Origin: Armatimonadota bacterium
Lineage (GTDB): Bacteria; Armatimonadota; UBA5829; DTLH01
Length of the DNA: 23,096 nt
Assembly (NCBI GenBank): GCA_039680575.1
Contig: JBDKSP010000055.1
Location: 1 to 23,096, forward strand
Direction: 5' to 3'
Shown here: in pieces, positions 8,460-17,444 of the stretch
Layout: each line of letters starts with the position of its first letter
Numbering within the stretch: the first letter of the stretch is position 1
Program-made: the position numbers and the translations under genes
Notes under the pieces: generated by a model
Seen by the model: the letters and a program-made list of their open reading frames with translations, nothing else
Database searches by the model: none
What the model was told of the DNA's origin: nothing

Positions 8460-9755
8460 CTACTTCAACTCGATATTCAGACCGATCTGGACGCTTGCTT
8501 TAGCCGGCGCGTTGTTCGTGATCTTCTGACCGCCCCAGAATTGCGAGCCGAAGATCGCTGCGGACAGGGTATCAGGTCCGAGTTCGATCTGCTTCTTGCC
8601 GTAATCGCGGAATTCGCATCCGTTTACGATCACTGAACCGCTTTTCACCAGGATACATGCTGCTTCAGGGTCTTTCTTTGCCCAGCCGGAGAAATGCGCA
8701 GCCGTAAATGTAACCGTGCCTATCCCCTCTATCACAGCCTGGTTATCGGTGGTATTGATATGCCAGAAACCGCAGTTGGCGAACTTAATCGGGCCCCTGT
8801 TTTTCGGTCCTACAACGATTCTGGACATAAACTGGCAGTTCGTGAACTCGACACCTGCATGTCCCTGTGTTTCATCCACCTGTACGGCAGTATCGCAAAT
8901 ATCCGAGCCGGACTGGGTCACCAGGACATTTCCCGGTCCCTTTTCCCTCGAAATGAAGTGGAACCCGATCTTTGGGAAGATCACGAAGCAGTTGCTGACA
9001 TACTCCCAGTCGGTCCTGGCGAAGATAAATCCTTCCAGGTTATCGTTCAGATACTTCTGCAGTGTATCGAACTTCGGTCCGGTAGGCGCATTGGCATAAC
9101 CTGATCTGACCCAGGCATTCGGGTTAAAGTGGACATCTTCCATTCGCCCGATATCTGAGCATTGGTCGACGAGGACACCTACTTTAAGCGGGCAGCCGTA
9201 AACATTCTTGATATAATGCAGCTCGTTCCAGTTGGAGCCGAAGTCGATGCCTTTATATGGGTTGGCTAATGTAACATCGATGATGCTGCAGTTCGTCCCT
9301 TTGCCCTGAATCGTCCAGGGGTACGGCTTTACATTGTCGATATTCTGGTCCGGGTAGAATATCGTGAGGCCCTTTACGCAGGTGTTCTCATTCATAACGA
9401 TGAGCGCGGGGCCGTCCTCTTTCCCTGCATTTCCTGTGGCAAAGATCACGCTGCCCTTGCCGAGCGCTGTGTTATGCGGAGCCTGCCAGACCCCCTGCAG
9501 GGTTACTCCAGCCGGAATATTGAGCGATCCGGCGATCAGGTATGTGCCCGAAGGGACGAGTGTAATACCGCCTTTTTTGCCCGTTGCATCGAGCGCTTTC
9601 TGGAATGCGGCTGTATCATCGGCTTTGCCGTCGCCCTTCGCACCGTACGACATAACATTGGCAGACACGAGTGCGTCAGACGGCTGTGTCTTGCACTCAG
9701 CGGCACATGCCGCCACCAGCAGCATTGCTAACGATAACATAGTGATACCTTTCAC
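8460..9755 (-). CDS. Secreted parallel beta-helix protein (Pectate_lyase_3/GH55/GH28-like), possible lipoprotein
   Basis: NVMSYGAKGDGKADDTAAFQKALD…VPSGTYLI N-terminal motif, beta-helix-like repeats, lipobox-like VAAC, AAGGAG RBS. Confidence 0.85.
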   Translation of the reverse strand: MKGITMLSLAMLLVAACAAECKTQPSDALVSANVMSYGAKGDGKADDTAAFQKALDATGKKGGITLVPSGTYLIAGSLNIPAGVTLQGVWQAPHNTALGKGSVIFATGNAGKEDGPALIVMNENTCVKGLTIFYPDQNIDNVKPYPWTIQGKGTNCSIIDVTLANPYKGIDFGSNWNELHYIKNVYGCPLKVGVLVDQCSDIGRMEDVHFNPNAWVRSGYANAPTGPKFDTLQKYLNDNLEGFIFARTDWEYVSNCFVIFPKIGFHFISREKGPGNVLVTQSGSDICDTAVQVDETQGHAGVEFTNCQFMSRIVVGPKNRGPIKFANCGFWHINTTDNQAVIEGIGTVTFTAAHFSGWAKKDPEAACILVKSGSVIVNGCEFRDYGKKQIELGPDTLSAAIFGSQFWGGQKITNNAPAKASVQIGLNIELK

Positions 9756-9827
9756 GGACTTTCTCCTTATGAATGGTGAAACTAAGATTAAGAGACGATG
9801 GCAAACGCAGAGATAGCCCTAGTGGGA

Positions 9828-9862
9828 TAGGATTTAGGATACAGGATGCAGGATTTAGGGAT
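9828..9862 (+). repeat. Degenerate heptamer tandem repeat (YAGGATN)x5
   Basis: TAGGATT TAGGATA CAGGATG CAGGATT TAGGGAT. Confidence 0.7.
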
Positions 9863-9878
9863 GGATTAGCGGAGATTC

Positions 9879-9985
9879 GTGCTTCGGGATGACATCCCGA
9901 AGCGCATAGGAACGGAGTTAGTGTAGTGGCCGTCCCTCCGTGGCGGCCATCTACCCCGTGGACCCACCGGACCACGGGGATGGTC
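9879..9985 (+). repeat. Composite REP-like palindromic element, copy B (inverted relative to copy A)
   Basis: GCTTCGGGAT-GAC-ATCCCGAAGC hairpin, then GTAG-TGGCCG…CGGCCA-T-CTAC, then a CCCCGTGG…CCACGGGG hairpin. Confidence 0.85.
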
Positions 9986-10018
9986 CGAAGGACCCGGATA
10001 TTTGGTGAATGTCGATAG

Positions 10019-10050
10019 AAAAGCGGAAGCTGGCGCTTCCGCACTCCAAA
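10019..10050 (-). repeat. GGAG-footed REP-like palindrome
   Basis: Minus strand reads TTTGGAGT-GCGGAAGC-GCCA-GCTTCCGC-TTTT (8-bp perfect stem). It could double as a terminator for 10064..10744. Confidence 0.65.
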
Positions 10051-10063
10051 ACTATCCGAACAA

Positions 10064-10744
10064 TCAGTGTTTATCCAGTATCGGCTCAAACCTGAACTTT
10101 CCGATGCTTTCCTGTCGAAAAACACCCAACTGCCGTTCTTTACCCTTACGCCATTGTGTTCCGGAAAGGTTGCTCAGCTCAATGTAATAGTTCTTATCAC
10201 CGTCGTAGATGAGTAATATCCGGTCTTTTGAGGTCTCGATAATAGAGAGTTGGACTTTCTGGTTCAAATCATATAGACAACCACATATGAACATGTTTGG
10301 CTGGTATCCCTGCCGCTCGATCACAGCACGCCACATTAATACACCGCCCTCACCAGGTAACCAGTGCCAACTGCTTCCATTAGTGTATCCTGTGTTAATG
10401 GTTACTTTTACGCCGTAATCATGAAGCTGTACCGAACAGCTGTGCCGGGTAGCAGCACAGGACACATTTTTATCAGTCATTATTGATATTAAGCTTATGG
10501 GGGCAAAAGCAAGCACACCAAGGGAAAGAGCCAATACAAGGTGGTTCCACCTGCGGAGTACGAGCTCGAAGAGGAATAGAGCTACAAATATTACAGGCAC
10601 GATCAGATGCTGAATACTGCCCAGGCTGCTTTCTTTCGGTATCAGATACTTCCACCTTATATGGGCTATTACAGAAACCGGCACAATCGCCAAAATAACT
10701 GCAAGCGCGGGAATAGTGTCAATAAACTTTATTCGCTTGAGCAC
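10064..10744 (-). CDS. Hypothetical membrane protein (about 3 N-terminal TM helices plus a soluble domain)
   Basis: 226-aa ORF with a GTG start and GGAG RBS just after the regulator stop. Hydrophobic segments in the first ~90 aa; AT-richer than its neighbours. Confidence 0.65.
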   Translation of the reverse strand: MLKRIKFIDTIPALAVILAIVPVSVIAHIRWKYLIPKESSLGSIQHLIVPVIFVALFLFELVLRRWNHLVLALSLGVLAFAPISLISIMTDKNVSCAATRHSCSVQLHDYGVKVTINTGYTNGSSWHWLPGEGGVLMWRAVIERQGYQPNMFICGCLYDLNQKVQLSIIETSKDRILLIYDGDKNYYIELSNLSGTQWRKGKERQLGVFRQESIGKFRFEPILDKH

Positions 10745-10756
10745 TCTCTGTCACTC

Positions 10757-11962
10757 CTATGCTTTGGGAGTCGTAATACTCATCGGTAGGAGGTCCGGCG
10801 TAATGAGTTGCGCGTCGTTATCTGCAAGAACGATGGCGCGTTCGACCGTGTTCTCCAACTGGCGGATGTTCCCCGGCCACTTGTAATTCATCAGTATATC
10901 GAGAGCTTCAGGGCTGGCATATTTGATCACTTTGCCGTTTTCTTTGGCATATTTGCCGATAAAATGCTCGACAAGAAGCGGGACATCTTCGATTCTGTCC
11001 CTGAGCGGAGGCAGGTTGATCTGGACTACCTGCAGCCGATAGAACAGGTCTTCCCTGAATTTGCCTTCTTTTACGCCCTTTTCCAGGTCCTGGTTCGTTG
11101 CCGTGACCAGCCTTACGTCGACTTTGATCGTCTTCAGCCCGCCTACGCGCTCGAACTCGCGTTCCTGAAGCACCCTAAGGAGCTTCATTTGGACCGTGCC
11201 GGGAATATCCCCTATTTCGTCTAAAAACAGCGTGCCAGTGTGAGCCATCTCGAAGCGCCCAGGCTTCTGTCCGACCGCGCCGGTGAACGAACCTTTCTCA
11301 TGGCCGAAGAGTTCGCTTTCCAGAAGCTGCTCGGAAAGAGCTACACAGACAACCGGGACAAACGGGTTGTGCGCGCGGCAGGAATTAAAATGGAGCGCTC
11401 TCGCAATCAACTCTTTGCCGGTACCGCTCTCGCCTCTGATAAGCACTGATGCCCGCGAGTCGGCGACGCGCTCTACCATTTTGAAGACTTCCTGCATAGC
11501 GCTGCTCGCGCCTACTATGTTATCGAACTTATAGCGGGTCTTTAGCTGCTGACGCAGGTCGATGTTCTCGTTTATCAACTGCCGCCGTTCTACCGCCCGC
11601 TTCACGACCAATTTCAACTCGTCCATCTCGAACGGCTTGGTTATATAATCGAAAGCGCCGAGCCGCATTGCATCGACCGCGCTTTTGATCGAGCCATGCG
11701 CGGTTATCATAATAACGGAGATGCTCGGGTTTATCTGCCTCGCGGCTTCCAGGAGCTCCACACCGTTGATATCCGGCATAACCAGGTCCGAGATCATCAC
11801 ACCTATATCATTCCTCGTCGAGATAGCCTCGAGCGCCTTCTTGCCGTTTTCGGCTGTCACTATCTCATAGCCTTCTTTACCAAGAACGGCTTCAAGGACC
11901 CTTCTTATATTCTGTTCATCATCTACAACCAGGATGGTCCCGGTGTTGCTGTCATCGCTCAT
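10757..11962 (-). CDS. Sigma54-dependent response regulator (REC + AAA+), lacking the C-terminal HTH
   Basis: REC (VVDDE, SDLVMP, TAHG, KP), Walker A GESGTGKE, ESELFGHEKGSFTGA, LFLDEIG, FREDLFYRL, WPGNIRQL. Ends at …PDLLPMSITTPKA*. Confidence 0.92.
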   Translation of the reverse strand: MSDDSNTGTILVVDDEQNIRRVLEAVLGKEGYEIVTAENGKKALEAISTRNDIGVMISDLVMPDINGVELLEAARQINPSISVIMITAHGSIKSAVDAMRLGAFDYITKPFEMDELKLVVKRAVERRQLINENIDLRQQLKTRYKFDNIVGASSAMQEVFKMVERVADSRASVLIRGESGTGKELIARALHFNSCRAHNPFVPVVCVALSEQLLESELFGHEKGSFTGAVGQKPGRFEMAHTGTLFLDEIGDIPGTVQMKLLRVLQEREFERVGGLKTIKVDVRLVTATNQDLEKGVKEGKFREDLFYRLQVVQINLPPLRDRIEDVPLLVEHFIGKYAKENGKVIKYASPEALDILMNYKWPGNIRQLENTVERAIVLADNDAQLITPDLLPMSITTPKA

Positions 11963-14900
11963 TGTTTCCTTTCAGTAGTTTCGGCTTCGGGCGGTATGGC
12001 TCTTACTATCCCCGCAAGCGGCAAAATAACTTTGAACCTGGTCCCCTGCCCTACTACGCTCGAAACATCTATATATCCACCGTGGTTTTCCACGATCTTC
12101 TTCACTACGGAAAGCCCAAGGCCGGTACCTTTGGTCTTGGTAGTGAAAAACGGCACGAAAATCCGGTCCAGCTTTTCCTCAGGGATTCCGATTCCTGTAT
12201 CGGAGACTGAAAGCTCGACCGCATGGCCGGTTGCGGCAGTCTGTATGGAAAGTGAACCACCCTCCGGCATCGCCTGAACCGCGTTTAAAACCATGTTTCT
12301 CAACACCTGTTCAAGCTGCTTACCATCTGCCTGGATTACCGGAAGGTCCTTGGCAAGATGATCATGCACGATTACGCCACTTTCGATGATGTGCATGCTC
12401 ATTAACTGCAGAGTCTTCCTGACTATCTCGTTGATGTCTACCGGACCTATCTCGAACTCCATCGGTCTGGCGAACTCCAGAAACTCCGTAGTCAACTGAG
12501 AAAGACCATTTACTTCCTCTATTATAATATCAAGAAACTCGGCGATTGTTGAATCGTTGTCCTCGTATTCCTTTCGCAGGAACTGCGCTGCGCCCTTAAT
12601 GGAGCTTAGTGGGTTCCTCAGCTCGTGCGCGATGCTTGCCGCAAGCTGCCCTACGGCGGCTAGCTCTCCCATCCGTCTGAACTCATTCTCCATCTTTATG
12701 TATTTGGTAGTGTCTTCGAAGATGATTACCTGCCCGATGGGGTCTCCATTATGATTCCAGAGCACCGACGCGCTGATATTTACATACCTCACATCTTCAT
12801 TGACCGGATGGTAGCACAACTTATAGCCCTGGTATACCTCTCCTGTAGCGCGGACCTTATCTATTATCTGGACCGTCGATGCTTTATCGGTATCCGCTAC
12901 AGTGAGCCTGTCTATTACATCCCTATAATGAGAACCTTCCACATCGATGTTCTTCATGCCGGTAATAGACGCAGCCGCACGGTTCCAGGTAAGGACTGTG
13001 CCATTGCTGTCGAGAGTGACGACCCCGGCAGCGATACTTGAAAGTATATTCTCCGTATAACTCGTGAGCGCGGCAAGCGCTTCCAGCTCTTTATATATCG
13101 ATGTGCTCTGCGACGCAATGATCAAAAGCATCCGAACATCATCTTTTGAATAAAGGTTGGGACTTGCACTCTGCACACAAAGAACACCCACTGCCTCATC
13201 CTGCACCATCAGAGGTATCGACATAAGAGACCTGACCGGTTTACCTCCCTGCTCAACCGAATCGAACCGGGAGTCACAGCTTATGTCCGGCGAAACGATA
13301 GCTTTCCGCTCCCTTATGGTCCAGCTCATAACGCTGTTGCCGGCGAGAGGCTGCTCAGGAGGCCGTTTTACCCCTCCGCTGCTCAACCTGACCGCTGTGG
13401 GGACCATAACATCACGTTCATGGTCAATGGCATAAATGACAGACTCATCGCAGTCGACAAGATCGTGTACTATACTCAGAATAACATCCAGTGCTTCTTC
13501 GAGGCTCTCCGACGAACTGATCCGCCGCGAAAAATCATAAAGCGTAGACAGATCGAACACCTGCCGCTTCATCCGCTGCTCGTAACGAAGTGCATTCTTC
13601 AGCATAACAGCCGCCTGCGATGCTACAATGGAAAGCAGCTTAACTTCTCCTGTCGAGAACACGACCGAATTCTGCCTTATCAGCATAAACGCGCCGATGG
13701 TGACATCCTCTACCATGAGCGGGACCACGAGAGTCGAACCCGATTTCCCGACAGCATTACTGATAATATCAACAGTCGATTTACCGAGGTCAGCGGCATT
13801 TTCCTGCATTACAATGGACGCGGACCTGAGATCGCGGACAAATTCGATTATTTCCTCATCAGGAACACGTTTGCGAATGTCGTCTATGACATTCCGCGGA
13901 ATCCCCGCTGTGGCTTGAAGGGCGATACTCGTCCTTTTATCGCTCAGGAGAAGAAGCGCGCAGCTATCGCAGGACACAGCCTTTCTCGCTACCGCCGTCG
14001 AGATATGCGCGACATTATCGAGCCCATAAGCAGAACTTATCGTTTTGCTGTGCTCGAAAAGAACGTTCAGCTCGGAGTATTTCTCCTCCATAGCCTCGTA
14101 AAGCCTGGCGTTTTCGATGGCAATCCCCGCCTGGTTCACAAATGTCGACAGCAGATCGACCTTGGACGGATTGACCGGCCTGTCCGTAACGGCGTTATCG
14201 ACCACGACCACGCCGATACACTGATCGCGAACGACAATCGGTGTCGCCAGAAATGATTGCTGCCCTTTTGACCTTGACCGGTATCCACTGCCTGTTTTTC
14301 GGCGGCTCCCCTTATTGAAAACAGCTATACACTCTTTTGCGGCAAGCCCGATTGTGCCGGCTCCCAAGCTCACACGCGCCGGTAGTTCGCCATCCTCATA
14401 TCCTCTTTTGATACCTGCGACGTACTCGTTAGCCCGCGGATCAAACAGATAAACACAGCACCGGTCGAACCCGACGACCTTAATTATATTGTCCGCCACC
14501 TGGTCCAGCACATCACTCAGGTCCAGCGTCGAGTTGATCGCTCTCAACAGGTCCGAAATGGTGGACATCTCCGCGATACGCTGGTTCAAACTCATATAAA
14601 GCTGCGCATTCGAGATAGCCAGCGCGGCCTGGTTTGCGAACACGCAGAACAACTTCAGGTCATCCTCCGTAAACACAGGCGCGGGAATATGACGGCGGAT
14701 GTTCAGGACTCCTATCACCCTACCGGGCTCGTCCTTTAGGGGCGCACATATCGAAGACGAGATTCCTTTGCGAGGATGGACCGAGCCTGTTTTGAACCTG
14801 GGGTCCGAGAGAATATCTACCAGGAGCATGGCTTCTCCCGTTTTTGCTACCCGTCCAGCAATGCCTTCTCCAAAAGCCACCCTCGCTCCCTTCACGATGT

Positions 14901-15531
14901 CATCCGTAAGCCCCCAACTGGCTTCTATCGTAAGGTCATCCGATTCGGGATTTCGCAAAAGCAGAGAACAGGCCTGAGCATCCATGACAGCGGCGGCTTT
15001 TTCCGTGATAAGCGGCAGAAGCCGTCCTATATCGAGTTCATTTATCGCCTGGCCTATCTCGTAGACAACGGCGACTTCCGCTATACGCTTGTCCGACTGA
15101 TGTTTTGCAGCATCAAGTGCCGCTGACAACTGTCCGTTTGCATAAATAAGCGAGATAATCCCTGAGACAAGGCCAAGCGAGTCCTTATCGACATCTGAAT
15201 CGCTGACAAGCACAGCACTCCAGCCATTGCAGCTTGAAAGGCGGATAAAACATAGTCCGTCGGGGCAGGTAATTGTGTCGGGTTGAAGACATGCCAGGGC
15301 TCCGGCCTCGGCACATGCAGCGGCGAAAGCCTCGGCGCCCTCTGCCTGAACCGTCATTGTGCGGATGCTTCCGGCATCGCCGTATTCCGCGACGAGTGAC
15401 AGGCAAATTGCTCCTGATGCCCTGCGTCCAGCGTCCAGCACCCGTTCAAGCACTTCAAGAGGAGGCTTGCCGGAGCTTATGAGGGCAGCCAACTCCTTTA
15501 GCGCCTCATTCTTCCCGGTTGCGCATGACAT
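11959..15531 (-). CDS. Cytoplasmic sensor histidine kinase with 4 GAF + PAS + HisKA + HATPase (plus a degenerate N-terminal GAF-like region)
   Basis: GAF ends ANQAALAISNAQLY, NQAGIAIENARLY, SQAAVMLKNALRY, IIASQ; PAS TWNRAAASITG; H-box SIAHELRNPL; N/G boxes NAVQAM, DTGIGI, FFTTK, GTGLGL. ATGA overlap with the regulator. Confidence 0.92.
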   Translation of the reverse strand: MSCATGKNEALKELAALISSGKPPLEVLERVLDAGRRASGAICLSLVAEYGDAGSIRTMTVQAEGAEAFAAACAEAGALACLQPDTITCPDGLCFIRLSSCNGWSAVLVSDSDVDKDSLGLVSGIISLIYANGQLSAALDAAKHQSDKRIAEVAVVYEIGQAINELDIGRLLPLITEKAAAVMDAQACSLLLRNPESDDLTIEASWGLTDDIVKGARVAFGEGIAGRVAKTGEAMLLVDILSDPRFKTGSVHPRKGISSSICAPLKDEPGRVIGVLNIRRHIPAPVFTEDDLKLFCVFANQAALAISNAQLYMSLNQRIAEMSTISDLLRAINSTLDLSDVLDQVADNIIKVVGFDRCCVYLFDPRANEYVAGIKRGYEDGELPARVSLGAGTIGLAAKECIAVFNKGSRRKTGSGYRSRSKGQQSFLATPIVVRDQCIGVVVVDNAVTDRPVNPSKVDLLSTFVNQAGIAIENARLYEAMEEKYSELNVLFEHSKTISSAYGLDNVAHISTAVARKAVSCDSCALLLLSDKRTSIALQATAGIPRNVIDDIRKRVPDEEIIEFVRDLRSASIVMQENAADLGKSTVDIISNAVGKSGSTLVVPLMVEDVTIGAFMLIRQNSVVFSTGEVKLLSIVASQAAVMLKNALRYEQRMKRQVFDLSTLYDFSRRISSSESLEEALDVILSIVHDLVDCDESVIYAIDHERDVMVPTAVRLSSGGVKRPPEQPLAGNSVMSWTIRERKAIVSPDISCDSRFDSVEQGGKPVRSLMSIPLMVQDEAVGVLCVQSASPNLYSKDDVRMLLIIASQSTSIYKELEALAALTSYTENILSSIAAGVVTLDSNGTVLTWNRAAASITGMKNIDVEGSHYRDVIDRLTVADTDKASTVQIIDKVRATGEVYQGYKLCYHPVNEDVRYVNISASVLWNHNGDPIGQVIIFEDTTKYIKMENEFRRMGELAAVGQLAASIAHELRNPLSSIKGAAQFLRKEYEDNDSTIAEFLDIIIEEVNGLSQLTTEFLEFARPMEFEIGPVDINEIVRKTLQLMSMHIIESGVIVHDHLAKDLPVIQADGKQLEQVLRNMVLNAVQAMPEGGSLSIQTAATGHAVELSVSDTGIGIPEEKLDRIFVPFFTTKTKGTGLGLSVVKKIVENHGGYIDVSSVVGQGTRFKVILPLAGIVRAIPPEAETTERKQ

Positions 15532-15566
15532 TTCAGAGCATTACCTCAGCAGTCAAATCTAACGGC

Positions 15567-15595
15567 ATTATAACACAAGTATTCATAACCAGCAA
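15567..15595 (-). promoter_or_regulatory. Sigma70-type promoter of the kinase/regulator operon
   Basis: TTGCTG-17 bp-TATAAT with a TG extended -10. Confidence 0.65.
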
Positions 15596-15761
15596 CGTCA
15601 TCAACACATATTAAGTGCTAGCTAGGTTACCGATGTGAATTTATATATCCATCAATTGATATATTTATTGCTTGCAGCACATTGGAACGAGCTGCAGCAC
15701 ACTACCTGTTACGTGTTCCATATCCAGGCGGAATAATCCCATAAAAGCTGATTGCTGACAG

Positions 15762-17399
15762 CTATTTCAGCTCTTTCAACCGCTTCCGGGCTAGTGCGCG
15801 GACCGATTGACTATCCTTCATCCCTGCTGCTTTGGTGAATGCGGTTTTCGCACTAGCCTTATCGCCGGTCTTCAACAGATCCTCTCCCAAAAGAAGCCAG
15901 TACTGCTGGTTTTTAGGGAAAGATTCCGTGAGTTTCTTCCTGACCTTGACGGCTCTCTCGAAATCGCCTCGGAACTCATATATGCTTGCGAGTATCAACG
16001 ACGATGCCGCAGCCTTCTCTGAGGAAGATTTCTGCTGGTAGCATTTCGTCAGGTCACCAATCATCCCTGCTGATGCAGCATTTTTAAGAATCCCGGCAGA
16101 ATCTGATACAGGGCTGGACTCCAGTCCATCCATCCATGCAGACATCGCGCCCGCTCTGTTGCCAAGCGCCACAAGAGCGCTTCCCAACTCCCTATTCCAC
16201 ACAGATGCCTCATCGGGAACAGCCGCAATCAACCGGCGGGCCATCTGCGTCCGTGCATCCTGGTTTCCAACCCGCGCGTAAGCAAATGTCAGGAAGCTCA
16301 TAGCGGATGTATCACGAGGGTTTTTATCCAACGCCGCCTCGTACCTCTTTATCTCTCCGTCTACAATACCACTCCGCGCGTACGCGTCCACAAGCAAATG
16401 CATACGTTCCGGCGTCGGATTAACAGACGGAGCGCGTTTATATTTAGCGGATGCTTGCTTATTCTCTGTGCTCGTATTGGTATTTGAGAAAACGCTCGGC
16501 ACTGACTGATCCGATTTTCTTTTTTTTTGATTCTGGACCGCTGCGCCTCCGGTTGGACCAACTGTATTATTCATCCAATCCTGACAGGGTGCTGACGCTA
16601 CTTCGGACATATCCTGCCCGGCTTTAACAGAACTCCTCGGGAAATTCCCCGAATCCTGTGCCCGGTTGGCTGCGCGGTCGTTGTTTAAAATATCGTTTTC
16701 AGAGAAAGATTTCTCTTCGTTATTGCCGTAATTTACAGCAGATGAGCCTGCAGACCGTGTAATATTATTCAATCCGAACGATTTTGACGCCGCATCATCG
16801 CAGACTACCTTTGAATTACACTCATCCGGCAGGCTCGCCATCAGTGCAGTATCAGTATGTTTAAGATAATGCTTATTTGCTATACTCTGCCTGGTCGGTT
16901 CAACCTCAGATACGGGCGCGCTTTTCCCTGCATCTTTTGCCGCCGTTCTTTTCGCAAGAGTCGTATTAACACTGGCTGGAGATTCCGGTTCCAAGGGAAT
17001 ATGCTTCGTGTCAGATGGCCTTTGCGCGATCGCGGTCTGCCTCAGCACTGTATCATGGGGTTTCACCCCGATTTTGCTTACGCTTATAACAGCAATGAGT
17101 ATAATCACTGCGGCAGCGGCAATTCCAGCAAACTTCAAACCGCTGGCCGGCAGTTTTCTGGCCGACGGAACAGGCGCGGCAGTAATCTCGTGTTCTACCC
17201 GGCTCCAAAGGTCTGCCGCAGGTTCCTGAACAGGGGTTTTTGCCGACCGGAATGCGCCGGAAGCTCTTTTGATAAGCTCCAGCTCCTCGCTGCATCTCGC
17301 GCATTTGGAAAGATGGCGAGCGACAGCGTCCATCCGCTTCTGGCCAAGCGTTTTCTCCATATATGGGATAAGATGCTTCTTCACTCTGAAGCAAAACAT
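15762..17399 (-). CDS. Zinc-finger (zf-HC2/ZAS) transmembrane anti-sigma factor with a low-complexity linker and C-terminal TPR domain
   Basis: HLSKCARC (HxxxCxxC), one TM helix (FAGIAAAAVIILIAVISV), a polar linker of ~200 aa and TPR-like repeats (…FPKNQQYWLLLGEDLLKTGDKASAKTAFTKA). Start ATG 17399, or GTG 17408. Confidence 0.8.
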   Translation of the reverse strand: MFCFRVKKHLIPYMEKTLGQKRMDAVARHLSKCARCSEELELIKRASGAFRSAKTPVQEPAADLWSRVEHEITAAPVPSARKLPASGLKFAGIAAAAVIILIAVISVSKIGVKPHDTVLRQTAIAQRPSDTKHIPLEPESPASVNTTLAKRTAAKDAGKSAPVSEVEPTRQSIANKHYLKHTDTALMASLPDECNSKVVCDDAASKSFGLNNITRSAGSSAVNYGNNEEKSFSENDILNNDRAANRAQDSGNFPRSSVKAGQDMSEVASAPCQDWMNNTVGPTGGAAVQNQKKRKSDQSVPSVFSNTNTSTENKQASAKYKRAPSVNPTPERMHLLVDAYARSGIVDGEIKRYEAALDKNPRDTSAMSFLTFAYARVGNQDARTQMARRLIAAVPDEASVWNRELGSALVALGNRAGAMSAWMDGLESSPVSDSAGILKNAASAGMIGDLTKCYQQKSSSEKAAASSLILASIYEFRGDFERAVKVRKKLTESFPKNQQYWLLLGEDLLKTGDKASAKTAFTKAAGMKDSQSVRALARKRLKELK

Positions 17400-17444
17400 A
17401 AATATCACTTCCCCAAGCTCTATTCGTTATGCGAATAGAGCCTT

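Noticed and set aside
2346..10050. Hairpins as integron attC sites
   Set aside because: No RYYYAAC/GTTRRRY ends are present, the enclosed genes are housekeeping, and the integrase shows no evident IntI-specific insertion.
9697..10125. 142-aa ORF across the repeat mosaic
   Set aside because: It overlaps both neighbouring genes and translates palindromic repeats; no protein motif is present.
13420..14256. Long antisense ORFs (for example 13420..14256, 17496..18146, 18652..19209) and the alternate-frame ORF 19543..20268
   Set aside because: They lie over well-supported genes and have no motifs; they are best explained as codon-bias shadows.
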